From Myxococcota bacterium (GTDB taxonomy: Bacteria; Myxococcota; JACRCW01), in contig JBFMGU010000036.1 in assembly GCA_040752415.1 (NCBI GenBank), positions 1 to 55,286 on the forward strand: DNA of 55,286 nucleotides. Reading direction: 5' to 3'. The translations under genes and the position numbers were made by a program. Shown here in pieces: positions 47,684 to 55,286 of the stretch (position 1 is its first letter; each line of letters starts with the position of its first letter). The notes under the pieces were generated by a model that searched no databases, was not told the DNA's origin, and worked only from the letters and a program-made list of their open reading frames with translations.

Positions 47684-49567
47684 TCACCGCAGCCGGGAGC
47701 GCACCAGCGCACGCAGGCGCGGCGCATCAAAGGGCTTGTTCAGCCGCGGGTTGCCCACCCGCTCCAGGAACTCGCGCGCCGGCGCGCTGAATGCGCCTCC
47801 GGTCATGAACACCATGCGCGCGGCCTGGTCCGGGTCCAGCGCCATCACCTCCTCGTGCAGCGCCATGCCGCTCTTGCCCGGCATCATCAGGTCCACCAGG
47901 ATGACGTCGTAGCGCTCACCGGCGCGGAGGCGTTGCAGCGCGTCTTCCGCCGTGGTGCAGCCCATCACGTCGTGCTCCCGGCCCAGCGTGCGGCCCACCG
48001 CGGTGCACACCATGGCCTCGTCGTCCACCACCAGCACGCGGCCCCTTCGCTCCGGCAGGGGCTCCGTGGCCTGCGCGGCGGCGGCGCCCTGCTCCGCCAG
48101 GGCCGGCGGAATCATGACGCTGAAGGTGGAGCCTTCCCCGGGCCGGCTGCGCACCGTGATCTCGCCGCCCAGCGCGGTGATGATGCCGTGGCAGATGGAG
48201 AGTCCCAGCCCGGTCCCCACGCCAATGGGCTTGGTGGTGAAGAACGGGTCAAAGATGCGGGGCAGCACCTCGGGCGGGATGCCCACGCCGGTGTCGCGCA
48301 CCTCCACCACCGCGCGGCCTGACTCATCCGTGCGTGTCACCACCACCACCTCCGCCGCGGTGGCGCCCTCCGGGATGGCATGCGCGGCGTTGATGAGCAG
48401 GTTGAGGAACACCTGGCCCAGGCGTCCCTCGTCGGCGCGCACCAGCGGCACCGGGGAGAGCTCCCGACGCAGCGTGGCCCGGTGCTTGATCACGTTCCAC
48501 GCCATCTTGATGCTGGCCTCCAGCACCGCCATGACGTCCACCGGGGCCTCGCGGTTCTCGTCCACGCGGGAGAGCGCCTTCATCCCGCTCACAATGCCCG
48601 CAATGCGCTCCGCACCGTGCCGCGCCTCGGCCACCGCGTCGCCCATCTCCTGCAGGTCGCCGGGCGCCAGCGTGGTGGTGCCCTGGCGTGCTTCATCCAG
48701 GCGCTCGGAGACGAAGATGAGGTTGGCCACCACGTAGGCCAGCGGGTTGTTGATCTCGTGCGCCACCCCCGCCGCCAGCGTGCCCACCGAGGCCATGCGG
48801 TCGGCCAGCAGGAGGCGGGACTGCATCTGCTTGCGCTCGGTGACGTCGCGCAGCACGGAGAGGTGGCGGTGCGGCAGGATGTTGGCCACGGCGCGGTACT
48901 CCGCCACCCGCGTCTCCCCGTCGGGCCGCCGCAGCACCATCTCACCCTCCTGCCTCCCCTCCCGCAGGAGCTGCTGCCACAGCCGCCGCGTCTCCTCCGG
49001 CGGGCCGTCCACGAACCGGTCCAGCCGTTGCTCCAGCAGCTCCTCGCGCTCCAGTCCCAGCAGCCGGCACGCTGCCAGGTTGACCTCCACGTAGCGGCCC
49101 TCGTCGTCGGCCACCAGCATGGCGTCCTGGCTGGTGTCGAACACCATGCGGAACAGGCGCTGGCTCTCCTTGCGACGCTCCCGTTCCACGGCGCGCGCAA
49201 TGGCGTAGCGGATGGACCGCTCAATGAGCTCCGGGTGGCTCTGGCCCTTGACCAGGTAGTCGTCGGCGCCCGCGGCCATGGCGGCCAGGTCCACCTCGTG
49301 GTCACCGCGACCCGTCATCATGATGATGGGGAGCTCCACGCCGCGCTCCCGCACGGTGCGCAGCAGCTCCAGCCCGGTGCGGTCCTGCAGCTGGTAGTCC
49401 AGCAGGCACACGTCGTGGTTGCGGGCCTCCAACAGCGTCAGCGCCACCTCTGCGCTGGGCGCCCACTCCACGCGGTAGCGGCGGCCGCCGATGATCTCCA
49501 GCAGGTCGCGCGTCAGGAGGAAATCCTTCTCCTCGTCGTCCACCACCAGGACCCGGATCTGGTTCAT
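47684..49567 (-). CDS. Hybrid sensor kinase REC-PAS-HisKA-HATPase-REC
   Basis: LVVDDE/LLDYQL; PAS; GVAHEINNPL; NLLINAAHA; DTGVGI; FFTTKPIGVGTGLGL; C-terminal LVVDDE/DLMMP. Confidence 0.95.
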   Translation of the reverse strand: MNQIRVLVVDDEEKDFLLTRDLLEIIGGRRYRVEWAPSAEVALTLLEARNHDVCLLDYQLQDRTGLELLRTVRERGVELPIIMMTGRGDHEVDLAAMAAGADDYLVKGQSHPELIERSIRYAIARAVERERRKESQRLFRMVFDTSQDAMLVADDEGRYVEVNLAACRLLGLEREELLEQRLDRFVDGPPEETRRLWQQLLREGRQEGEMVLRRPDGETRVAEYRAVANILPHRHLSVLRDVTERKQMQSRLLLADRMASVGTLAAGVAHEINNPLAYVVANLIFVSERLDEARQGTTTLAPGDLQEMGDAVAEARHGAERIAGIVSGMKALSRVDENREAPVDVMAVLEASIKMAWNVIKHRATLRRELSPVPLVRADEGRLGQVFLNLLINAAHAIPEGATAAEVVVVTRTDESGRAVVEVRDTGVGIPPEVLPRIFDPFFTTKPIGVGTGLGLSICHGIITALGGEITVRSRPGEGSTFSVMIPPALAEQGAAAAQATEPLPERRGRVLVVDDEAMVCTAVGRTLGREHDVMGCTTAEDALQRLRAGERYDVILVDLMMPGKSGMALHEEVMALDPDQAARMVFMTGGAFSAPAREFLERVGNPRLNKPFDAPRLRALVRSRLR

Positions 49568-49630
49568 CGTCGAGAGGCCCGCCGCCCGCCCAGTGTTCAC
49601 CGAGGGTTTCAAGCGCACTCGGCACGGCGG

Positions 49631-49646
49631 AGCAAGATCAGTGCCC
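49631..49646 (-). promoter_or_regulatory. Putative sigma54 (-24/-12) promoter of the hybrid kinase
   Basis: Minus strand GGGCACTGATCTTGCT = GG-N10-GC with CAC and TTGC; 64 bp upstream of ATG. Confidence 0.6.
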
Positions 49647-49733
49647 TGGCCGTGGCCTGGGGCAGCGCACCACCCAGGGTTTTCCCGCAGATGTTGCGGC
49701 CACCGGGCGGAGCGGCCCGCGGAAGCACCCAAG

Positions 49734-49750
49734 TTGATTTCCGTTTTCAA
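49734..49750. promoter_or_regulatory. Putative Fur box
   Basis: TTGATTTCCGTTTTCAA, a TGA-N9-TCA dyad that is AT-rich in a GC-rich background. Confidence 0.55.
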
Positions 49751-49866
49751 GATGGCCCCGTGGCCCTCCCGGACAACCCCAGGTGGAAGCCCGGGCGCGC
49801 AAAGTCTTCGTCGTCACCGGCCGCCCTCCGGCGGGAGGCCCCCAACCCGCAACGTGCGCGGGTATT

Positions 49867-49889
49867 TTGAAATTGACTTTCATTTTCAA
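49867..49889. promoter_or_regulatory. Two overlapping putative Fur boxes
   Basis: TGAAATTGACTTTCA (49868-49882) and TGACTTTCATTTTCA (49874-49888), offset by 6 bp as in classical Fur operators; upstream of iron-related genes. Confidence 0.75.
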
Positions 49890-50062
49890 GACGCGCTACA
49901 GGAGGGCACGTCTGATGGGCGCCAGGGGGGCTCACGCGGGGATCGTCGCGACCGGTCCCGCGCGTGGGCTCCCCGGAACGGCGGGTCAGGTGGCCAACAG
50001 GCCCCGGGCCGGCGGGTCAGAAGGCCCCACGACGCAGCGCGGATGGGGCGGGATGGAGGCGG

Positions 50063-50347
50063 GTGGTGAGCGAGCACGGGTGTCGTCGGGAGCGGATTGC
50101 CTACAGCCGGATGGGCAGCGTGGAGCTGTGCAGCTGCGGGATGTGCCACCTCACCGTGGGCGCGCTCACGTTGCGCATGGACCCGGCCGCGCTGAACCAG
50201 CTGGCGGCGACCATGACCCACGCGGCCGCGGTGCTGGAGCGTCGTCGCCAGGACCCCCAGGACGGCGGGTGCTCCGACGATGACACCGACGCCGCGCTGG
50301 TGGCCGCCCCCCTTGGTGATCCCCGTCCCCGACGGCTGGACTCGTGA
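50063..50347 (+). CDS. Small Cys/His-containing putative metal-binding protein
   Basis: GGAGG RBS then GTG (50063 or 50066); CSCGMCHL.VG.LTLR; stop overlaps next ATG (TGATG). Confidence 0.65.
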   Translation: MVSEHGCRRERIAYSRMGSVELCSCGMCHLTVGALTLRMDPAALNQLAATMTHAAAVLERRRQDPQDGGCSDDDTDAALVAAPLGDPRPRRLDS

Positions 50348-51606
50348 TGCGGAGCCCCTTCATGCGTTCTCAATCCTTCCTTCCTCCCTCCCGGGGCGTG
50401 GCGCTGCTGCTGTTGCCGCTGGCGTGCAGCGCTCCCCCGGAGCCCTCCTCCGCCGACGACGCAGGCGCGCTGCGGCTGGTCCGTGAGGACCCCACCGACT
50501 CCCCCCTGGCCGGCCTCACCGACGAGCAGCTGGCGGTGTTCGCGGAGGGCGACGTGCTCTTCGAGGATCCGCTGCGTGAGTCGCAGGGCCTGGGGCCGCT
50601 CTTCATCCGGCGCAGCTGTGGCTCATGCCACGCCGACGACGCCAAGGGGCCCGGCGCGGTGAACAAGATGGTGTTCACGCTGGAGGACGGTTTCACGCCC
50701 GCGCCCGACCAGTCCGCGCTGCCCTTCGGCTTCACCGTGCGTCCCTACGCCACCGCCGGCGCCAGCACGCCCATCACCGCGCCGGAAGGCGTGAAGCTCA
50801 CCACGCGGGTGGGCCCCGCGGTGTTCGGTCGCGGCTACCTGGAGGCCATCCGTGAGGACGAGATCCTGCGCATGGAGCAGCTGCAGCAGGGGCGCGCCGA
50901 CGGCGTGAGCGGCCGGGTGAGCCGCGTGACCTACCACTCCGTGACCGCGCGCGACCGCGGCTACGGCAGCCACACGCTGGGCGAGACCAACCTGGTGGGC
51001 CGCTTTGGCCTCAAGGCGCGCGTGGTCTCCCTGGATGACTTCACCGCGGATGCCTACCAGGGTGACATGGGCATCACCTCGCCGCTGCGCCCCAATGAGC
51101 TGCCCAACCCCGACGGGCTCGGCGACGACGAGCGCCCCGGCCTCGACGTCACGCTGGAGACGGTGGAGAAGGTCTCCGACTACGTGCGCATGCTGGCCAT
51201 CCCGCGTCGCGCCGAGCCGGAGGCGGGGGCGCCGGAGCTCTTCGAGCAGGCGGGCTGCGCGGTGTGTCACGTGCCGTCCCTGCGGACGCGCGCGGATCAT
51301 CCGTTGGCGCCGCTGCGTGACGTGGACGCGCCGGTCTACACCGACCTGCTGCTGCATGACATGGGCGCGGAGCTGGCGGACGCGCAGACCGACGAGAACG
51401 CGGAGCCGCGGGAATGGCGCACCGCGCCGCTGGTGGGCCTGCGTCATCTGCGCAGCCTCATGCACGACGGACGCGCCAGCACCGTGGCCGACGCCATCCG
51501 GCACCACCGCGGCGAGGGCTCGGAAGCGAACGCCTCGGTGGACCTCTACGACGCGCTCAGCGTCGAGCAGCAGCAGAAGCTCATCCGCTTTGTGGAATCC
51601 CTGTGA
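50347..51606 (+). CDS. Di-heme oxidoreductase (DHOR family) lipoprotein
   Basis: Lipobox PLAC; GLGPLF...CGSCH; GRFGLKA; CAVCH; YTDLLLHDMG; EWRTAPL.G; HDGRA. Confidence 0.92.
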   Translation: MRSPFMRSQSFLPPSRGVALLLLPLACSAPPEPSSADDAGALRLVREDPTDSPLAGLTDEQLAVFAEGDVLFEDPLRESQGLGPLFIRRSCGSCHADDAKGPGAVNKMVFTLEDGFTPAPDQSALPFGFTVRPYATAGASTPITAPEGVKLTTRVGPAVFGRGYLEAIREDEILRMEQLQQGRADGVSGRVSRVTYHSVTARDRGYGSHTLGETNLVGRFGLKARVVSLDDFTADAYQGDMGITSPLRPNELPNPDGLGDDERPGLDVTLETVEKVSDYVRMLAIPRRAEPEAGAPELFEQAGCAVCHVPSLRTRADHPLAPLRDVDAPVYTDLLLHDMGAELADAQTDENAEPREWRTAPLVGLRHLRSLMHDGRASTVADAIRHHRGEGSEANASVDLYDALSVEQQQKLIRFVESL

Positions 51607-51621
51607 TGAAGGAGTGAACTG

Positions 51622-52665
51622 ATGAAGACCTGCCGTCCCATGATCCTGTGTCTGTTCGCGCTCGGCTGTGCTCCCACCGGAGCCACCAGCAGCTCGTCGT
51701 CGGGTGGGAGCCAGCCCCAGAGCCCCACGCTGGCGGTGAAGTCGTACGTGACCGAGCAGCTGGAGCTGTTGCACACCGCGGTGGATGCCCTGAAGAACGC
51801 CGCCCCGGCCCCGGACGCCGACGGGTGGAATCCCACCGCGGACGCCGCGGCGGTGGAAGCCATGCGCACGGAGTGGAAGAAGGCGCGCAACGCGTATGAG
51901 CGCGTGGAAGGTGCCATTGCCGTGCTCTTCCCCGAGCTCGACGCCGCCACCGACGAGCGCTACGACGGCTTCATTGCCGAGGCCGCCGACGACAACCTGT
52001 TTGACGGCACCGGCGTCACGGGCGTGCACGCGGTGGAGCGCATCCTGTGGGCGGACTCCCACCGGCCGGAAGTGGTGACGTTCGAGTCGGGGCTGCCCAA
52101 TTACGTGGCCGCGTCGTTCCCCACCACGGAGCAGCAGGCGCGCGAGTACAAGACCTCCCTGCTGGCGCGCCTGGAGGAGGACGTGCACACCATGCTGGAG
52201 GAGTTTGGTCCGCTGGCGCTGGATCCCTCGTCGGCGTTCCGCGGCGTGGTGGGCTCCCTGGAGGAGCAGCTGGAGAAGGTGAACCTGGCGTACACGGCGG
52301 AGGATGAGTCGCGCTACGCGCAGCACACGCTGGGTGACATGCGCGCCAACCTCTCCGGCGGCAAGGCCACCTTTGACGCGTTCCGCGCGGAGCTGCGCGC
52401 CAAGGAGGGCGGTGCGGACCTGGAGACCAAGGTGACGTCGTCATTCGGCCGCATCGAGACCGCCTACAACGCCATCAGCGGCGACGCCATCCCCGCCGTC
52501 CCGGAGGGCTGGAACCCGGAGAGCCCCAGCGCGGAGCACCTGCAGACGCCCTACGGCCAGCTCTTCACCATCCTGTCCGAGGAGGCCGACCCGGAGCGTG
52601 AAGGCTCGCTGGTGCACTCCATGAACCTCGCCGCCGACCTGCTCGGCATCCCGCAGCTGCCGTGA
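51622..52665 (+). CDS. EfeO/imelysin-like (peptidase M75 family) lipoprotein
   Basis: AAGGAG RBS; lipobox ALGC; AR.AYERVE, D.R, TGVHAVERILW (HxxE), EDESRYA..TL.D..AN..G. Confidence 0.9.
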   Translation: MKTCRPMILCLFALGCAPTGATSSSSSGGSQPQSPTLAVKSYVTEQLELLHTAVDALKNAAPAPDADGWNPTADAAAVEAMRTEWKKARNAYERVEGAIAVLFPELDAATDERYDGFIAEAADDNLFDGTGVTGVHAVERILWADSHRPEVVTFESGLPNYVAASFPTTEQQAREYKTSLLARLEEDVHTMLEEFGPLALDPSSAFRGVVGSLEEQLEKVNLAYTAEDESRYAQHTLGDMRANLSGGKATFDAFRAELRAKEGGADLETKVTSSFGRIETAYNAISGDAIPAVPEGWNPESPSAEHLQTPYGQLFTILSEEADPEREGSLVHSMNLAADLLGIPQLP

Positions 52666-53225
52666 GCACACGCGTGAGGTGGCGGAGCGTGACGGTGGCC
52701 TGGCTGCTGGTGCTGGGCGCGTGCGCTCCCGCCGAGGAGGAGACCACCGCGGACGACGCCGGCACCGCCGGGGTGTTCATTGCCCAGAACGTGGACTTCC
52801 AGGGCTTCCAGGGCTGGGAGAAGTTTCCCGTCATGACCAACGCCGTGGACGGCGGGCACGCGCAGCCGGGGAACAGCACGGTGTACCTGAACCGTCGTCC
52901 CCCGTCGGGGAGCACCACGTACCCGGTGGGCACCATCCTCATGAAGATCACGGAGAACGGCCCGGCGGAGAACTGGGAGATCCACGCCATGGCCAAGCGC
53001 GGCGGCTCCTACAACCGCTACGGCGCGCCCGGCTGGGAGTGGTTTGAGCTGCTCATGAGCACGGACGGCACGCAGCCGGTCATCCTGTGGCGCGGCGTGG
53101 AGCCGCCCGACGGGGAAAACTACCGCGACGCCCGCGACGGCGGCTTCTCCGGCAACTGCAGCGCCTGCCACGGCGGCGTGCGCGACCGCGACTTCGTGTT
53201 CACCGAGGGTCTGCTCACGCCCTGA
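52662..53225 (+). CDS. Cytochrome P460-like monoheme lipoprotein
   Basis: GTGA overlap; lipobox LGAC; YPVGTILMK, AMAKRG...GWEWF, C-terminal CSACH...RDFVF. Confidence 0.75.
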   Translation: MSTRVRWRSVTVAWLLVLGACAPAEEETTADDAGTAGVFIAQNVDFQGFQGWEKFPVMTNAVDGGHAQPGNSTVYLNRRPPSGSTTYPVGTILMKITENGPAENWEIHAMAKRGGSYNRYGAPGWEWFELLMSTDGTQPVILWRGVEPPDGENYRDARDGGFSGNCSACHGGVRDRDFVFTEGLLTP

Positions 53226-53228
53226 GGC

Positions 53229-53645
53229 TCACAACGAGCCCTGCACCTGGCGGAGCACATCCACGTAGCTGATGATGCCCACCAGCTCGCCCTCCGGGTC
53301 GGTGACCGGGATGGCGCCCACCTTGTTCTCCAGCATCAGCTCGATCACTTCCTGCAGCTCCGCTTCCGTGTCCACGCTGATGACGTCGGAGCTCATCACC
53401 GTGGAGACCGGGCGGTTCAGCGCCACCTTGCCGCGGCCGCTGGGATCCATGCCCGGCACCACCGGCAGGTTCACGCCGCGCAGGTCGCGGTCGCTGACCA
53501 TGCCCACCAGCTCACCGGCGCGGTTCACGATGGGCAGGTGCCGGATGTCCAGCGAGAGCAGGATCTCCAACGCGTTGCCCAGCGGCGTGTCCTCGGTGGC
53601 CGAGACGGGGTCCTTGGTCATGATGTCTTGTGCCAGCAGGCCCAT
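53229..53645 (-). CDS. CBS-domain pair protein
   Basis: AAGGAG RBS; DIMTKDP, IRHLPIV...LVGMVSDRDL, GAIPVTD...LVGIISYVD. Confidence 0.93.
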   Translation of the reverse strand: MGLLAQDIMTKDPVSATEDTPLGNALEILLSLDIRHLPIVNRAGELVGMVSDRDLRGVNLPVVPGMDPSGRGKVALNRPVSTVMSSDVISVDTEAELQEVIELMLENKVGAIPVTDPEGELVGIISYVDVLRQVQGSL

Positions 53646-53678
53646 GTTCCGCTCCTTGTGGGTGACAGCCGCCCCCAC

Positions 53679-53694
53679 TGCACGCCGCCTGCCA
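53679..53694 (-). promoter_or_regulatory. Putative sigma54 promoter of the CBS gene
   Basis: Minus strand TGGCAGGCGGCGTGCA = GG-N10-GC, 34 bp upstream of ATG. Confidence 0.5.
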
Positions 53695-53854
53695 AACGCC
53701 ACCCTCGTCGACGCCATGCCCCAGGGCAGCCTTGGCGCAAACCCTGCGCGACGGGGGAGCGGTGACGAAAGTCCTGCGTCGGTAGATGGCCACCAGGCGG
53801 CCACGGTGTTGGCCCGCGTCGTGAAGAGGACGCGGTCACAGACCGGAGCGGACC

Positions 53855-55189
53855 ATGAAGATCCTTGTCGGGACGGATTTCTCGGAAGCGGCGGCGGGGG
53901 CGTTGGAGGTGGCCACCACGCTGGCCAGGCGCCTGGGCGACGAGCTGGTGCTGGTGCACGCGCTGGAGGCTCCGGCCCCCGTGACGATGGTGGGCGGCGA
54001 GATGACCGCGCTGCAGTTCACCGAGTGGCTGCGCAAGCCGCTGCAGTTGGAGCTGGACCGGATGGCGTCGGAGGTGCGCGCGCGCGGGACCCGCGTGGAG
54101 GCCGTGATGCGCGAGGGACCGGTGCACCAGCAGCTGCTCGACGTGGGACGCCAGGTGGGCGCGCGCATGATCGTGCTCGCCTCGCACGGTCGCAGCGCCA
54201 CGGACCGGCTGCTGCTGGGGAGCGTGGCGGACCGCGTGGTGCGTCACGCCGACCGGCCGGTGCTGGTGGTGGGCCCGGACCCCAAGACGCTCAATGAGGC
54301 GCTGACGGAGCAGCGGCCCATGCGCCTGGCGGTGGCGGTGGACACCAGCCGCGCCTCCGACGCCGCGGTGCGCTGGACGCGCGAGTGGTGCGGCCAGTTC
54401 AAGACCGACGTCACGTTCATGAGCACCTACTGGCCGCCCGCCCAGTACGAGCGCCTGGGGCTCACCGGCTTCCGCAGCATGTACGAGCCGGACCCCGACG
54501 TGGTGAGCGTGCTGGAGGACGAGCTGCGCCGGAAGATTGGCGTGGTTCCGGGGGAGGGCAGCGTGCGCGTGGTGGTGCAGCCCAGCCTGGGTCGGCCCGC
54601 GGAGCCGCTGGCGCAGGAGGCGGACAAGGCCAAGGCGGACCTGCTGGTGGTGGGCACGCACGGACGCAGCGGTCTGCGGAGCATCTGGCCCCCGTCGACG
54701 GCGGTGGGCGTGGTGCACACGGCGCACACCAGCGTGCTGTGCGTGCCGCAGAAGACGCTGGAGGGGCAGGTGGAGCGCCCGCCGCGCGTCCGAAAGGTGT
54801 TGGCGGTGACCGACCTCTCGCGCGAGGGGAATCTCGCCGTGGCGGAGGCGTATGCGCTCTGCCCGCCGGGAGGCATGGTGGACATCTGTCACGTGGTGAC
54901 GCCGCCGGTGGGCGCGCAACCGGTCAACCCGGAGACCCGCGCCGACGTGGAGAAGCGGCTGCGTGCCCTCATCCCCGCCGACGCCATTGCCGCGGGCATC
55001 ACCTCGCAGGTGGCGGTGGTGGAGGGTTTTGACGTGGGGAAGGCCATCTGCCAGACGTCGGAGCGCCTGGGTGTCGACGTCATTGTGCTCAGCGCGCGCC
55101 GCAAGCCGCGGTTCGTGCTGGGCGGCGTGGCGCACGAGGTGCTCACCGGGAGCCGCCGGCCGGTGACGCTGGTGCACGGGAGCGAGTGA
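53855..55189 (+). CDS. Universal stress protein with three USP domains
   Basis: ILVGTDFS...SHGRS...LLGSVADRVVR; AVAVDTS...GTHGRSG; VLAVTDLS...LGGVAHEVL. Confidence 0.93.
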   Translation: MKILVGTDFSEAAAGALEVATTLARRLGDELVLVHALEAPAPVTMVGGEMTALQFTEWLRKPLQLELDRMASEVRARGTRVEAVMREGPVHQQLLDVGRQVGARMIVLASHGRSATDRLLLGSVADRVVRHADRPVLVVGPDPKTLNEALTEQRPMRLAVAVDTSRASDAAVRWTREWCGQFKTDVTFMSTYWPPAQYERLGLTGFRSMYEPDPDVVSVLEDELRRKIGVVPGEGSVRVVVQPSLGRPAEPLAQEADKAKADLLVVGTHGRSGLRSIWPPSTAVGVVHTAHTSVLCVPQKTLEGQVERPPRVRKVLAVTDLSREGNLAVAEAYALCPPGGMVDICHVVTPPVGAQPVNPETRADVEKRLRALIPADAIAAGITSQVAVVEGFDVGKAICQTSERLGVDVIVLSARRKPRFVLGGVAHEVLTGSRRPVTLVHGSE

Positions 55190-55245
55190 GCGGCGGACGA
55201 CGGCGGCGTTGAAAACGGGGCGCGGAGTTCGTCCGCGGAGAACCA

Positions 55246-55273
55246 CCCTGCCCGTGCCCCTGCCCGGCTTGAG
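55246..55273 (+). repeat. Second copy of the hexamer REP-like arm
   Basis: CCCTGCCCGTGCCCCTGCCCGGCTTGAG resembles 21390-21429; lies inside an 11-bp IR (GGACGACGGCG/CGCCGTCGTCC) at the window end. Confidence 0.7.
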
Positions 55274-55286
55274 GGCGCCGTCGTCC

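Noticed and set aside
55209..55220. TTGAAAACGG resembling a Fur half-site
   Set aside because: No second half-site, and it lies just downstream of a gene 3' end
168..55246. Many long antisense or alternate-frame ORFs (e.g. 1373-3064, 8007-9854, 21520-23475, 35045-37774, 53618-55246)
   Set aside because: Shadow ORFs expected from high GC3 codon bias opposite well-supported genes; no recognisable motifs

Overview
GC-rich bacterial chromosomal window, very likely Myxococcota. This rests on MYXO-CTERM-like tails, a TIGR02266/PilZ protein, a CglD-like gliding lipoprotein and many Cys-rich lipoproteins with Ser/Gly linkers. About 45 CDS are supported: housekeeping genes (dnaB, polA, ddl, mug, tesB, pssA), two signalling loci, many secreted or surface proteins, an orphan rhuM, and BON/CBS/USP stress genes. 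No rRNA, tRNA, CRISPR array or transposase was seen. Most notable: (1) a four-gene operon behind candidate Fur boxes, encoding a small Cys/His protein, a di-heme DHOR, an EfeO/imelysin lipoprotein and a cytochrome P460-like lipoprotein, with no transporter; (2) two large foldback elements at 25.5-26.1 kb, one with perfect 120-bp arms and one a TA-flanked MITE whose removal restores the frame of a decayed DUF1295 gene; (3) a surface-anchored temptin-like protein carrying a CxxCH motif; (4) further long palindromes and a structured 5' leader; (5) a Pol I with a degenerate proofreading site. Product calls come from motif recognition by eye; no database search was run.
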